DNA of 64,000 nucleotides, taken from assembly GCA_023213395.1 (NCBI GenBank), contig CM041465.1, positions 149,489,741-149,553,740 of the forward strand. Reading direction: 5' to 3'. Below the pieces are notes generated by a model, which had not been told where the DNA came from, did no database searches, and saw only the letters and a program-made list of their open reading frames with translations. This document shows, one piece after another, positions 1-14,698 of this stretch. Position numbers and translations under genes: made by a program. The DNA comes from Cycas panzhihuaensis. Lineage: Eukaryota; Plantae; Cycadophyta. The first letter of the stretch is position 1. Each line of letters opens with the position of its first letter.

Positions 1-599
1 CATTAGTTCTTATATATCTAGAAGAATAAGAGCCATCTTAGTATGACATCAACACCTTTGTGTTTTGTTAAGATAAGACTTGTTTGTGATATGAATATAT
101 ATTATTATTAAATTCATGTTCTTTAACAAAATAAAAACAATAGTTAGTCTCTCAATTTCACTTTGATTATGCCTATATACTTGTGTATTTTTTATTCTTG
201 TTAGTTAAATAATATTTACTTTTCATATAAAGTAAGTCAGCACACCTAATCTTGTTTAAGAAAGATCAAATCTCCCCTTATATTCTTATAGCTCTTCTTT
301 TTGTGCCTACAAGCATTTAGAACTTAGAAGAAATATGCAACAAAACCATAACATCTTAAATTAATTTTACCAACCCTTTTTAAGTTAGTAGGAAATTAGG
401 TTGGTTATACTTTCTATCTTTTCCCCTTATCCTATCATTTATTGATTGTATGTTTTAAACCCTTTGAATCTTTATTTCATGTGTTTCATTTTTTATTAAG
501 CCTAGCCATATCTATTAGACTAAAAACACCATGAATACAAATAATATCTTATAAATATGTATTATACTAAAGCATGTAATAATGATTATTTAAAAAAAT

Positions 600-1560
600 A
601 TAAATCTAGAGATATACCATGTGCTACTTACATTTAGCCCCCACTTTTCTTAGATGATCTTCATATTGGTGTGTCTTAATTGCATAGCTTTTATCTAATA
701 CTACCATAGTCCACCTTCACCTTTCTATTATATAGTTGTAGAAGCTCCCTTTATTCATTAGGGAATATAATTCATTGGTAAACTCTACTTGCCTTCTAAT
801 GCCTAATATAAATGAATATTCACTATTATTGACTATTTTACTAAATAGGATGAGGTAATACTAGCATATTTTGTATATGGATGCATCTCTACTATGTTTA
901 TCTCTAACCATAATATTCACTGCTTTGGAGTGCCACCCATGATTATACCTAACTAGGTGACTTATTTCCTTAAATAAATAATGAAAGCACTCCTAAAAGC
1001 ATTAAGCATTGCAAACCATATTCTCACTACCCCAAAACCAATGGACAAGCTACATCCTTTACTAAAACCTTAACAACTATCATGTAAAAGATAGTTGAAG
1101 ATAATAAGGGTTAACATAGCAGAATATAACTTGTCTTTTGGGCCTATTACATAATAACTAATGTAGCAATTAGTTTTATAAATTATTTTGTTCACTCATT
1201 TATGCATAATAAATTGGACTCCTAATAAAGTTATAAATACATTCCTTTAAATAGCCATATAACATTGGTTATCTAATAAGGACCAACTATAACTACATTA
1301 TGCTAATGTTAAGGATATTCAAAAAAGTATATAATAATCACTTGATAGGATATAACTCCTTCAAACGCATGTTAAAACTACTTTTGACCAAAAAAGTTTG
1401 ATATTAACAAGTAGGTAATTTGGTTCTCTTTTTCAATGAAACCATTAAAAAATTTGGTCCCAATAAATTCGAAGCCCAATAGTTAGGACTATTCTTCATT
1501 AAAGAAGTGTTTTCTAATGGTTCCTATTAACTTGTTTCCTTTTATGATCAATTGTTTTAG
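600..1560 (+). mobile_element. Degraded Ty3/Gypsy (non-chromovirus, Tat/Athila-like) integrase remnant
   Basis: Stop-riddled motifs: (W)GI(D)FIGKL at ~758-786, IDYFTK*xEVI at ~828-860, HYPKTNGQA at ~1025-1052, KFEAQ*LGLFFIKEVFSNGSY (GPY/F-like) at ~1465-1527. A purine tract AAAGGGAGGAA at ~1650 may precede an LTR. Confidence 0.65.
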
Positions 1561-2547
1561 CTAACTCAAGTGTTTTTGCACTTGATTTAGAGGCACAAGG
1601 TTTGTCACACTCCCAACTTCTCTTATATACATAACCATTACTACATTTTAAAGGGAGGAATATTAAATATTTGATTTATACATTTAATTTATGTGTTCCT
1701 TATATAAGTATAGAATACCTCCTTCTCCTATTAATACTACTAACTAGCCATGCATATTACTACTTCTCCTTGGTTTGGAGACACTAATGGGGCATATAAG
1801 GGAAAGCATAAATGGTATATAGTTGTTTGGGTGCTTCATGATTAATCTAACCAACATATTACCGAATGTGGAATATATTTTACTACCACTTATCCCAATA
1901 ATATGGCCATATATTTAGTAGCATGTTACTTACTATAAATAAATGTTTCCATGGGAGTGCGATAATTGATATCTATTTTTCCATTCTTAAATTAATATTA
2001 TGCATTTTAATCACCTTTAGAAAATCATAAGTTATATATTAAGATAGATGTACCCTAAGACTAGAGCACTAATGACATATTTCCAAAGTATCATAAGAAC
2101 TAAACAAGAAAGGAATTGCTTTTACTAAGTCAATTCTTAATTGGTCCATATATAAATGGAAGGCACTACATTCATCATTGGGGAGTGGGTTTATGTTAAA
2201 CAAGGCCCTTTGTATATTCCTCTCATCTCTTCTTCTCTTTATACACCTATAATTGTAACTAATCTTTAGGATCCTCCATGTCCTTTACATAGAACCTAAG
2301 TCATTATATATACATATAGGATCCTTATGTTGCCCTCTAATAACATAATTAGATCCTTATCTCCTAAACTATATATAATTATCTCTAATTGATTTATATC
2401 CCTAAGTGTTGTCAAAGTGTATACATCTATGATAATATCACTCTTATTAAAGCTCAATACATATGTTCCTAGCTATTATAAGTTACTATTGATATTCTAA
2501 ATCTTTGTTTAATCTATAATTATAATGTAAGTAGCAATAGGGTTGGA

Positions 2548-2966
2548 TGTTAAGATGTGATTATATTGATGTTCTTCCATACAATAGATTATTCTTAAGC
2601 TCAAAGGCACAATATTGACATTGGAGTAGTAAATATAACACTTTTATTAGTAGAATAGAATCTAATTATAGTAAAAGAGGATCACAAATAGGCACAAAAA
2701 ATCACTAAAGAGAACTAAAAATATACTAAAGTATAATCTCTTAAGAAACGAAAATACATCATACCCTCACTTTACAAATGGTTAGCCTTAAATAGACAAG
2801 AGAGACCTCTTACATAGAATATCATTAGCAAGATAAATAACCTCTAATTCTATTAGTAGACATAAATTACCTACACATAAAGGTTAATGCCTAATATTAA
2901 CCACCAAGGTCTCATGTCACATGTGCTAGCTAACAGTCCTACTTAATAATAAATGGTCATATAACA
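2548..2966 (-). repeat. 3' LTR of chromovirus Gypsy
   Basis: TG...CA termini; colinear with 8838-9244 (e.g. shared aagctcaaaggcacaata and cacatgtgctagctaac). Confidence 0.9.
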
Positions 2967-5900
2967 AGTCCCCTCCCTTCAGATGTTGAGTTCTTAAAGC
3001 CAAGAATATGAAGGTGCTTCTTAACAAATTCATCTAACTCCCATGTTATTTCTTCAAGTTCACAGTTAACCTATTGCACCAAGTACTAAAAAATGGTTTT
3101 GTTCTAAAGATGTCATTATTGACTAACTAAAATATGATAAGGCAAAATGGTAAGATATTACTCTTCATCGAGAATTAATAGGACAAACTAAGGGAAAGTA
3201 TCTTTGTTAAGGTGCTTCTTAAGGTAAGAAACATATAATGTTTTATGAATTTTTGTGTTGGGGAAAGTCTAAGTGCATAAGCAACTTCACCAATCTATTG
3301 AAGTATTATATATAGGCCATAATAATGTAGACTAAATTTTTGGCTTTTATGGTGTTTGAGGGATTACTACTTATATGGTTGAAAGTCAAGAAAAACTAAG
3401 TGACTCGTAGAAAAAGATTGATTAGAATGGTAATAGACAATGAGTTATTTCATGTGATTTTGAGTTACTACAAGGTTTTGTTTAAGTGTATTAAGAATTT
3501 GATCTATATCTTGAAGCTTATATTGAACTACAATAGTTTGAAGATTAGTTGCAAGAGTATGATGAGATGAGGGATGATATCTACAAAGGGCCATAAATAG
3601 GAACATGTCAAAAGCATCGTAAGTATGTCTCCAACATCTTATTTAGAACTTTAACTTAGTCATTGGTTTATAGATGGTAAGTTAAACTCATGTTGAATAA
3701 AGTCCCTGAAATATAGAAGAGTTCTTACCAAAATATCCTAGTAAATTTAGGATCTTAATCAAAGACTATTACTGATAGAAATCTATAAAGGTAAAAGATA
3801 GAATAAATATAGAAATCGGTAAGGTAGAATGCTTTATAATAAGTATGGACAAGTAAATAATGTACATGCTTAGTGAGTTTGTTAATAACTACTAAAATCA
3901 AATCAAAACCAATACGTAATGGTAAACCCATGATGAAATCCATAACAATGTCTTATCATTTTCCTTGAGGGATATATAGGAGTTAGAGAAGGCTTGGTTG
4001 AGATTTTATATTAATTTTATTTCTTTGGTAGGTATTACATTTTAAAATAAATATCAGGGTAGAGGATTTCATATGGGACCAATAGAAATCAAATAAAACG
4101 TGGTGATATATTTTATCAAACCCTAAGTAACCATCGACGGGAGTAGAGTGATATTTAAATAAAATATGTGGGATGAAAGATGATGTGGGATGAATAAAAA
4201 TATAATTTTGGTACAAGAGATGAGTATTGTGTAAGGACTAATCTTTATGAATATAAATTTTAGAGGTCCATTAGTTAAAATCTAATTGATATTATTTTTA
4301 AGTTACTAGATCTATTAACCATAACAGTTGCAACTTAGAGATTGCATGAGTAATAAATTCATTAGTAGAAGGCTCAATGAGGAGGTGGGAGAGCATCAAT
4401 GACTATATTTTCCTTTCCTTTTTTATATGTAATAGAGAAATCAAGCACTTATAGCTAGTTGATTCACTTAGCTTGTTTTTATATAAGACTAACTAATCAA
4501 GAAGGTAGTAGAGGCTATAGTGGTATATTAAAATAATGAGCTTAGAACCTAAAAGATATTAGCACCACTTATCTATAGTATGCAAAATAACTTTCATCTC
4601 CTTTTGATATGTTGATAATTGATATTTATGGTCTTTAAGTTTACGACTCTCAAATGATATTGGATGAAAGTTCTACATAAGGATAGCACCTATACTAAAT
4701 CCAATAGCATCATATTCTAACTAGAAAGGTTAGGAGAAGTTACGGGTGATAAGGATTAGGGTGGACATCATAATAAACTTGAGATTATTGAAAACATACT
4801 CTACCTCTTGAGACCATTAAAATGTGTCCTTTTAGAATAAATTTGTTAAAGAGGTCACAAGAGAGGTATAATTTCAAATAACTGACTTTACAATCATGTG
4901 AGTCTTAAAATATCCCTTTAACTATATGAGGTTTCTAAGTGTGTGCCATGTAGTAATGATTGAGATTTTATTTGGATTAACCCAAACACCTTTTAATGAG
5001 ATAATATAGCCTAGATATTATAGTTTTAACTTACTAAATTCATATTTAAATAGCTTAGCATAAAGTTGGTGTTGAAGGAGGATTTGAAGTATAGCTTCTA
5101 AATATTGGAGGTGATTAACTAAGTTTGAACTATAAATAAGAATGTCATAAAAAAAAGACAATAATAAATTTATGGAGATATGGGGCAAAAACTTTTTTAT
5201 TAAAGCTTGCAATGTAGCAAGAGAATTATAGAGACCCAAAGGCATGACCTAAAATTTAAAATGTCTGTGATTTATTTAAAAAGAAGTCTTATAATAATTC
5301 TGTAAGGTAATCAAAATCTAATAATAACTAAATTAAGGGTCTAATTTAGAAAAAACGGTAGCCCCATGAATTTCATCAAGTATGTCATCAATCTAAGGTA
5401 TTGGAATTTTCTTTAAATCATAATTTTGTTGAGTTCATGATAGTCAACACAATGTTAGAAAAGACCTATCCTTTTTTTTACATTAGGATAATTATTGTAG
5501 CATATAGGCTTTTGTTGGGTTGAATGGTGCTTGTGATAATTAATTCATTAGTGATTTTTCCTTTTTTTAATAAGAATTTTGGTAAGGTCAAAGGCTAATT
5601 CAGTCATGGGATATTTTAGGTTTAATTAAATGGTGGAAAATATAGTCTAAGGGAGAAGTGTTCAAAAGGAGGCAAATATAAATTAGATTAGTATTTGTCA
5701 AGAAGATTTTAAATATGATGATAGCTAGTAGTAGAGGCTTGGATATTATTAATATGAATAACATAGCCAACATTGTTATTTAAATGCTTACACATTTGGT
5801 TTAGAGAGACAAGTTTATTGGGGGGGTAATTAACGCCATACCATCTATGCATTTGACCCATATGATCCTTAAATAATATGAACAAATTATTAGGTAAGTT

Positions 5901-8837
5901 GTTCATACTATATATGCTAAGAGTTTGGAGCCATTAGACCCTTAAGATAACATCGAATCCTCCTATAGATGATGCATAGAAATTAGAGGTTAAACAATAG
6001 GTACCAATTTAAATGTGTAGATTTTTTATAGCTCCAACACAATGTAAAGTCTAATGACTTTGCAGGGAGTAAATAAATCCAATTTTTTGTATGATTTAAT
6101 AATTTAGTTAGCAAGCCAAAGATATATCAATGAAATTCAATGATGCACCTCCATTAATTAATATTAAAATAGATGTTTTATAAAGGACACCTTTCACATG
6201 AAGTAGCTCTAGACAAGATGAGAAGAAATGGTTGACAAAGACATTTTTGTTTGGAGGTCAAGAGAGGTAGATTATTAGGGGTACTCATTATAGGGTTCGA
6301 CTTTCACTTTTAGTATTAGAATCTTTTTCAATTGTAAGGTCGATCGTAAAAACCATGTGTTTTACCTTACACACCCTTGTGTGACCAAGAACTTATTTTT
6401 TTAAGCACTTAATATAAAGGATATCCTTTAGTTATCTATTGACTTCTATTGATAGAACATGTACCAATCTAGTAGGAGTGTCTTCTATTAAATATTATAC
6501 CTGTTTGAATGAGGATGTTGATGCTATTGATCTAAGGGTTGAGAATATTGGTACCAAGTGGCATCTTATCTAAAGGTAGGTAAGCATTCTATGGCAAACT
6601 CAGCCTTGATTGCTTTTACTATCAAAATAACATCTCTTAATTTATATAGGGTGGTAACCTTTAGGTGCATCTAAATGCACTCTTTAAGTCTTGAGATATA
6701 GACATCAATAAGATCTTGACGATCAAGTGGTTGGGAAACTCAATTTTGTAAAGCTTGGAATTCATCTATGCATGCCTCTACTAATTTCATATGTTTTAAT
6801 CAAGTAAGTTTACTAAAGAAAGAGTAGTTCAATGCATGATCATATTGCTCAAAAAAAATTTATAGAATATATCTCATATTTGATTTAATGGGTTATTCCA
6901 CTACCACTAATGGAACTAATGATGCACTTTTCCATCTATATGGATTAATATAAAAGTTAATTATTCTCCTACTAACATAAAATTTAAAGAAACATAAGAT
7001 TCTAACTTACTTATCTAACTCCAAGAAAAGTCCCTATTATGGTTGGGATCAAAGTTTGGTATAATAATTTTACAATGGAATTGCTACTATCATGGTGAAA
7101 GGGAAGGATTTATTGGTGGGGGTGTGTGATTATGAGGTGGAGGTTGGGGACCTAATGTATTGGAGGTGGATGGGATTTATAAATTAGATGCCATATATAG
7201 GAGTATCTTATTTATTTTTTTATTAGAAGCATCATATTTCTAGCTAGAGTCTTTGATATGTCGATCCAATCCTACTAGGTTCTTCACCAGTTCTACTTTG
7301 TTCTAAGTTATTTTTGTATACTAAATTTGAAGTGCCTAGATATAATCTACCTATACAGGGGCCATAGATATGAAGTCCACTATTTTGGACAAAAGAAGGG
7401 GAATTTAGAGAAGAGGGATAGATAAAAAAAAGGGTATTTATGGAGAGGGAAAAGTAGACAGATAGAACAAGACTAAAGAATCGGGGAGTGGCGTAGATGA
7501 GAAGGGGTAGGGGGGATGTCTATAACTCATTAGCCCCCTAAAAATTCATAATAAATTCACCCAGTATTGTATGATGAGTGTGAAAGCTCATTGAAATGAT
7601 GCAGGTGAGTTTTAAGTAAAAACTTTAGGTTGTGGGGCCCACTTAGTGCCTATATATCATTATACCTAAAAAAAAATAAAAAAAAATAACCCTAATGAAT
7701 AATGATCAATATAGTGTACTAATTAAAATAAGATGTGTAAATGGTTAAGGGTAATTTTGAGTTATAGGCTTCTTTTCTCTTTTTTCATAGAGTCTACTGG
7801 TATAGGTTTCATCTAAATTAGATGAGTATTTACTAAAATAACCTTGTAGACTAAGTGATGGCTCTTATATTTTTATTCTTCTTCTTCTTTTTTAAAGAGT
7901 AAATGCTAGACTCAAGGACTAGACTCTAGACTCAATGACTGGATTTTGAACTAAAGGTTTAGATAAGAAGGAAGAAGCACTTGCATTAGAATTTTATCAG
8001 TATTATTGTCATTGTTACCTGTCTTTATTACAGTTTTGTGCCTTTAGTTATCTTAAAGATATAATTGTATTTTATTTTATAATTATATATCTTTATAGTT
8101 CTATATCTTTAATTATCTTAAAGATAGAATTGTTCTTTATTTTTACTTATAGTATCTTTGGGCAATTTAGGATAGTATTGAGGTGACACAAATTCTACCT
8201 AATTATTGAAATAGAAGTGCCTAGTTTGTAGGCCCTTCAATAAACTTCCTAGTTGTTACTACTGCTCCATCCAATATCCCATGGTACTTACTATGAAGGG
8301 TTATTCATACCTATATTCTCGATAGTCATTCTAAGGTATTTATGAGGGATAACTTCGTAGCACTAACCATTAACCACTACACTATAGATTTTTGGTGGTC
8401 AACAGTTTATCTAATCTAGGTATACAAAGGAGCCCAAAGGGGTCCTTCTATATTCCTTAAGATATACAAAGACTCATTTATGTAGCCAAGTACTATGTGA
8501 GACTTGTGTAAGCAGTGTGTGATCTACTTTGCTTTATAAACTAGCATATACCTAAGTATACTTGAGTGAGAATGACAATTCCTTGTAATATTTATAGACT
8601 TTTGGTATAGGGTCTCTACTTAACCATTAAGGAAAAATAGATGGGAGGGTTAGTGACCATTTGTAGTATAATATAAAACTTCCAAAACTATAATAATAAA
8701 AAATAAATTGAAATATGAGAGAAGATTATAAAGTTTTTTACCATAGGAAAAAATATTTCCCAAAATTTCTAGCTTCTTCCTTGTAGTTATGTTTTCTTAA
8801 TTCCTCGAATTTGATCACAAGTATAACTTCGATAACA

Positions 8838-9244
8838 CTTGGGATGTAATTATCTTGATGTTCTGTTATAGTAGATTATTCTCAAGCTCAAAGGCACAAT
8901 ACTGACATTGGAGCAATAAATACAATACATTAATTAGCAAAATAGAATCTGATTACACAAAAAGAGGATCACACATATGCACCAAAGAGAACTATAAATG
9001 TACTAAAGTACAAGATCTCAAGAAAAGATAATGTATCATTCCCTCATATTACAAATGTTCAACCTTAAATAGATAAGAGAGGGCTCTTATATAGAATATC
9101 ATTGGCAGGATAAATGACCTCTAATTCTATTAACAAACATAAATGGCCCACACACAAAAGTTAATGGATAGCACTAACTACCAAGGTCTCTTTTCACATG
9201 TGCTAGCTAACTAATTATACTTAATAATTAACAGTCATGTAACA
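8838..9244 (-). repeat. 5' LTR of chromovirus Gypsy
   Basis: Direct repeat of 2548-2966; adjacent degenerate PBS (cttcgataaca, related to ctctgatacca). Confidence 0.88.
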
Positions 9245-9348
9245 AATACAAAAAATTTAAAAAGTAGAAATTATAATTTCAATTATTAAATAAGTTTAGC
9301 ACAATAATTTTCTAATATCAATAAGGGATTATGCATAGAACTATATAT

Positions 9349-9693
9349 TATTAAGAAACATGAATGAACTTGTATATATTTACATCCACAGAATCTTTTA
9401 CCATACACAATAAGCAAACAAGATAAACATGAAAAATAATTATACGGTACATAAGATTTACATAGGAAACCCTTCCAAAATAAAACCTACCATAAAGATC
9501 TATAGATCACATTGATTACCACTTGATTGATATGAATCTACAAGGTCTATAGGATTTTTATATCCTTCCAAGAGGTGTCAACTAACAAGGGTTGTAACCC
9601 TCTACATAACTCACACTACTTTATTAATCATATTTACTTAAACCATTACATTAATATTAACAAGTGGCTTAATAAACAATTGCTACATTAACA
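9349..9693 (-). repeat. 3' LTR of Copia
   Basis: Direct repeat of 18956-19301; ends ...ttaaca next to the PPT. Confidence 0.9.
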
Positions 9694-10770
9694 TCCTCCC
9701 TTAATGTACATGTAGGAAACCTATAACCTATAGTAGTTGTATTATCATAAAGCCTAGGACTATCCTACTTCTTTATCCTTGTTAATATATTCTCCTTTAA
9801 GGATAACATATGTGAGTCCTCATTTGGTACACATCTTTGTGATTTGATCTTCAATAAGCATTTTAGTGAAGACATCTACAAGATGGTATCCACTTAGATA
9901 ATAGTCAATCTACAACTTCCCTAACTTGATCTATTCATGAATATAATGGTGTTATATCTTGATGTGCTTCATACAAGCATGAAACTTTAGATTCTTTAAT
10001 AAGAAAATGGTACTTTAATTATTAATAAAAATAATCAAATGGCTATTTAAAACTCTAAGAAATTCCAAGAGACCTTACAACTATACAACTTCCTTAGCAC
10101 CATCATTGAGTTCTTGATATTCTACCTCTGTAGAAGATAATGCTACTATTTGTTATTTCTTTGACTACCACAAAATAAATCTATTATTGATGCCAAAGAT
10201 ATATCTAGCAATGGACTTTTGATAATTAAAGTCTCCTCCATAATTAGTATCAATGTAGTCATATAACTTTATCTCCTCACCACAATGATGTTCAAGACCA
10301 AGATTAAGTGTCCCCTTCAAGTACTTTAGAATCTACTTCGCTATAACCTAATGTGGTTCCTTAGGACTTTACATATATTGAGAAAACAATCTAATATCAT
10401 AGGCAATATTTGATATGGTATAAGTCAAATAGATCAAACTGCCTACCAACCTATAGTATATTGTTCCATCTACAGAGGGTTTAGCCATATCTTCTACAAT
10501 CTTATGTCCCTTAACACATGGTGTTACAACTAGTTTATAATCCTACATCTTAAACTGTTTTAGTAGGTTCTTCACATACCGTGTCTACAACAACATGATC
10601 TAATATTCCATCTTCCTAACCTGAATGCCTAAGAAGAAGTGAAGTCACTTGAGGTTTGTCATATCAAAGGTAGCTCCTAAATTGGACTTGACTCCTATAA
10701 TAGTCTTATTATAGTTGCCTCTAATGATTAAATCATCCACATATAATATAATAGCTACTATTGAGATCCC

Positions 10771-11103
10771 TATAATGAACCTATACCACATATAATAGGT
10801 TAGAAGGTTAAGGGTTAAGGAGGATAAGGTAGGAGTATTTAATAATAGCATAAATATGGGAATAAGTAGCTTAACGATAGAATAATATAATAATGGGGTG
10901 ATCCTCTTATAAATATGAAACCCCCATCTCATATAAGGATATTGATATATTTATGAATATAATCTCATTGGGTTCCATTTGGTACCCTTTTGGTTCTCAT
11001 TTGGTGCTCTCCATTTCTACCCTCTATTCTATTCACCTCAATCTCTTGGCACTCTTTCCCTTTGCTCTCATATTATTATGGTTATAGGGGTTAGCTTGTA
11101 ACA
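10771..11103 (+). repeat. 5' LTR of non-autonomous element
   Basis: Direct repeat of 14367-14698, followed by the PBS. Confidence 0.88.
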
Positions 11104-12361
11104 AGTGGTATTAGAGATAAGGTAAGGGCAATTTTTTTTCCTCCTCCTTGTTTATTATAGGTGTTGAAGACTCAATATTATTGGAAGATTACCAAGTTTA
11201 ATCGAAGAGTTTACACAACCATGGTTCCATTACCATGTTGATCACCCATTTTATTGGGTGAAAAATACACATAACAAGTTGTAAGTATTAGAGGATTGGC
11301 AATCTTATTGAAGTACCAGTTAACAAAGATTATGTGTAAACCCTTATGATGGGTTATTTTGTTGTTTGTTGCTTCAATTTTCTATAATTTTGGGATAGGG
11401 TTTATTTACCCACGCATCTCCCTCCCAATTATTAGGCTAAGCAACACCATTTAGCAGCCTACTTTCAATCCATTTACTCACATGAGTATACACCTACATT
11501 TGTGTTTCATCTTACTAAACTCTATTCAACCTATTTATACATCATTTCTACCTTACTTGCAAAGTTATGTAAAGATGTTTATCCATAAACTTTCTTGGCA
11601 TTTTATTTGAGGCACATATGACTATTTTATGGCCTTAGATTAGTCAATTGCATTAATAATAAACTAGATTCACTCCCTTACCTTAATAACACTTGGAGGC
11701 CTGGTGTTATTTTTGATATCTATATTAGAGGAAGTCGATGTTTTTGCTTGCTTGTGTAGTACATTGGAATTCCAAAGTTAAGAAGCAACTTGTCGATCCT
11801 AAACATTGTTGTACCAGTGACATTCGACCTTGGAGTATGAATGAATGAACCTTTATATTGGAGTGATTAATGACAAGACTCATGGAATAGTGGCATCATG
11901 AATTTAGAGATATGGGCTATTAGTTTTTATACACAAATGTTGGCGAGCACTAAAATGAGTGTCATTCAAAATGAAATTTAAGGTAATACTAGGAAGAATA
12001 TTTACATCTCATAGCAATAGAGAATACACATAATATCATTTGATCTCTTGGTATTGAAGAAGGATTCTAAGAATGGTTACAATGTGATGTTAAATGTAGT
12101 GCATTTGGTGCCCTTAGTGAGTTTATTAAAGTTCTTTTTCCTTGACGTTATTTATACAAAAAGTAGATATGGAGACCTCCCAACATTAAGTGTTTTGTAT
12201 CCCCATTGGACAAAGAATTCCCTTTTAGTATCCCCAAAGCCAATTCTAAATAGAATGGAGATGCCTCTACATTGCCTTATGTCTCACATAAGATGATACT
12301 TGGATATTGAAAGAGGTCTACATACTCATCTAACAGTATGAGCCCTTCTTAGTTATCTGTC

Positions 12362-12492
12362 CATCCATCACTTGATAAGTCAATTTGACCTCCATGAAGA
12401 TCTTTGTGGAGAGATCCTCTCCTATTGCATCCATCACCTGATAAGTCAATTAACCTCCATGAAGAGCTTTGTGGAGATATCCTCTCCTACTG
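12362..12492. repeat. Two-copy ~66 bp tandem duplication
   Basis: catccatcacYtgataagtcaatt..acctccatgaaga.ctttgtggaga.atcctctccta.tg occurs twice. Confidence 0.9.
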
Positions 12493-13142
12493 CAATTTAT
12501 TCTTACCGTAGACGCCCATGCGTTAATCACAAAATAGGTGTGAAGAAGAGAACCCAATGCTATAAATATGGATAAAATATTCAAATGCAATTCATAGAGA
12601 TGGGATATGCCAATGATAAGTAAGAACATTTGTATAATGGTTTATATTATGGTTACATGTCGAATCATATAGGTATTAACAATGACAAAGTTTTTAATTT
12701 TTTATGTTTAATTAATTATTAAAGTTGAATTAGGTTATATTTGTATGTGAAGTCTACCCTCAATATTCTTAGCTAGTGGTCATATGGAGAGTATAAGGTG
12801 AAGTCTGCCCCCAATATTCTTATTTTTGTAAAGGGACTTAAGATCAATTTAAAGGGGTCCTTATAAAATATTAATACTTATATCCACACTTTTAGCCATC
12901 TCTTCTTCATATAGACTCAAAATTCAGTTTTGTTGGATCTATTAGATTTTTTGTTTTGAGGGATTCAATGTGGACTATCATTTAGCATATTTTGGGATTT
13001 TTTTATGGTAGATATTAATATTTGAAGCCGAGTCTTATGATTACATATCATTTTAGAATGTCATTTTTATAGTTTTCTTGGTCATTTAGACTTTGGATTG
13101 CATGCCATCGCTTTTGAGGCCATAAGTATTCTATTGTACTCA

Positions 13143-13149
<7 letters not shown>

Positions 13150-13174
<25 letters not shown>
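13150..13174. repeat. (GA)n microsatellite
   Basis: Direct reading. Confidence 0.95.
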
Positions 13175-14366
13175 TGGACCCAAGGGCTTATAGGAAGGTG
13201 CTCACACTCTATGAAAAAAAAGGTCTTAGTTATTGTTACTTTGATTTTGAACAATTCTTTTTCGATTACAATAATGACCTTGACCTCACTTACTTAGGGA
13301 TGGATGGACATATTTAGCTTTATGATTTGGTTGCCACTCTCAAATAATTCTTTGAAGATTATTCTAAAGTTTATTACTTCAAGCATAATTTTGCCAAGAT
13401 TATGTTTGCCATGCTATTCTTACAAAAGGATCTCCACAAAAAGGCTTGGGTATGGTGTAACTCACACTCAAATCTAGATTAGTAATCCTTTAAGATGGAA
13501 CTTCAAAGGTAAATAAGAGCTTGCCTAGTTATTGAAACTTTCATAAAAGAAGACATACAAGACCAAGAACCCATCCAATTAGGAGAAAATGATGTGTTGT
13601 AAAATAAAATAGTTTTACAAGATCAGGATTACTCAAATGATAAAGAGAGTAGGGAAATAAAGATTGGGCTACTTTATTTTAATCTTGATGGTTCTATCAT
13701 TTTTTATAACTGGTTTGCATCCATGCTTGCATACTTTGAAGAGCTTGATTTAACAGAATATCATAAGCTTTATTTAGGTATTCAACAATTGGAAGGTCCC
13801 TTTCAAATATGATCATAAGAGTGGTGCCAAAATATGTACATGCCAAATTAGGACCTCTTTATTTTTGTTCTTAATTAGAAAATTGAAGTACTTATCCTTA
13901 ACCAAAGCACCCTTTTAGAAGGAGAGGCCAAACAAGAAGAATAAGAAAAAGAAGATGATGATATAAGGAGAACCATATCTTTTCAATCCCTTACATTTGA
14001 GGTAAAATTTTATTTAGATTAATAGGTTGAAATCTCTTTATTTGAAGGTGTAAACATTAAGTTAGCTCCATCAATATTCAGGTTGCAAGAGAATTTGGGT
14101 TCTCATTTTTGTGGATTCCCATATTACTACACCATGGAACCACATTTTCTTGGTTCTGATATTAGATGGAGGAGTCACTCTTTCTTAGACCATATCACCA
14201 TGGACTTATACATCTTTTCTTAGTAATAAGATTTATAACAATAGTATCTCCTCATCATTACCTTGATCAAACCACTACCTATAATATACTAGCAATAGTA
14301 GGTGGTAGCCAAATATTTTTTTATATTAGGATGCTTTGAGGGTAAAGCATTTAAGGGGAGAGGTCA

Positions 14367-14698
14367 TGTAATAAATCTACACTACATGTAATAGGTTAAA
14401 ATGTTAAGAGTTAAGAGAATAAGGTGAGAGTATTTAATAATAGTAGAAATATGGGATTGAGCAACTCAGTGATAGAATAATATAATAATGGGTTGATCCT
14501 CTTATAAATATAACACCTCCATCTTATGCAAGGCTATTAATATATTTATGAATACAATCTCATTAGGTTACCTTTGGCCCCTTTTTATTTCTCATTTGGT
14601 TCTCTCCATTTCCACCCTCTACTCCATTTACCTCTATCTCTTGGTACTCTTTTATTTTTCTTTCATATTACTATGGTTATAGGGGTTGGCTTGTAATA
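14367..14698 (+). repeat. 3' LTR of non-autonomous element
   Basis: Starts TGTAAT after the PPT; colinear with 10771-11103. Confidence 0.88.

Larger units (their letters stand above)
2548..9244 (-). mobile_element. Full-length but degenerate chromovirus Ty3/Gypsy LTR retrotransposon (Reina-like)
   Basis: Paired ~410 bp LTRs. Polypurine tract (PPT) reverse complement CCCCTCCCTTC next to 2966; degenerate tRNA-Met PBS next to 8838. Minus-strand domains: protease ILINGGASLNFI ~6150, RT (MPLGLYNSLAT..FFYDILIYS, 5018-5245), RNase H ~4400-4750, integrase (MDFIMGLP, 3755-4216), chromodomain YLVQ*..EEITWE ~3040-3090. No clear TSD. Confidence 0.9.
10771..14698 (+). mobile_element. Non-autonomous Gypsy-derived LTR element (gag remnant only; TR-GAG/LARD-like) nested in the Copia RT
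   Basis: LTRs 10771-11103 and 14367-14698; PBS tggtattagag at 11106; PPT aaggggagagg before 14367. Gag-like WFASMLAYFEELDLTEYHKLYLGIQQLEG at ~13711-13800. No RT, RNase H or integrase motifs seen. Flanks ATCCC/GTCTT may be an eroded TSD. Confidence 0.8.

Noticed and set aside
11762-11985. Protein-like frame (HWNSKVKKQLVDPKHCC...) as a captured gene
   Set aside because: Six internal stops and no family I can recognise; not supportable without a search.
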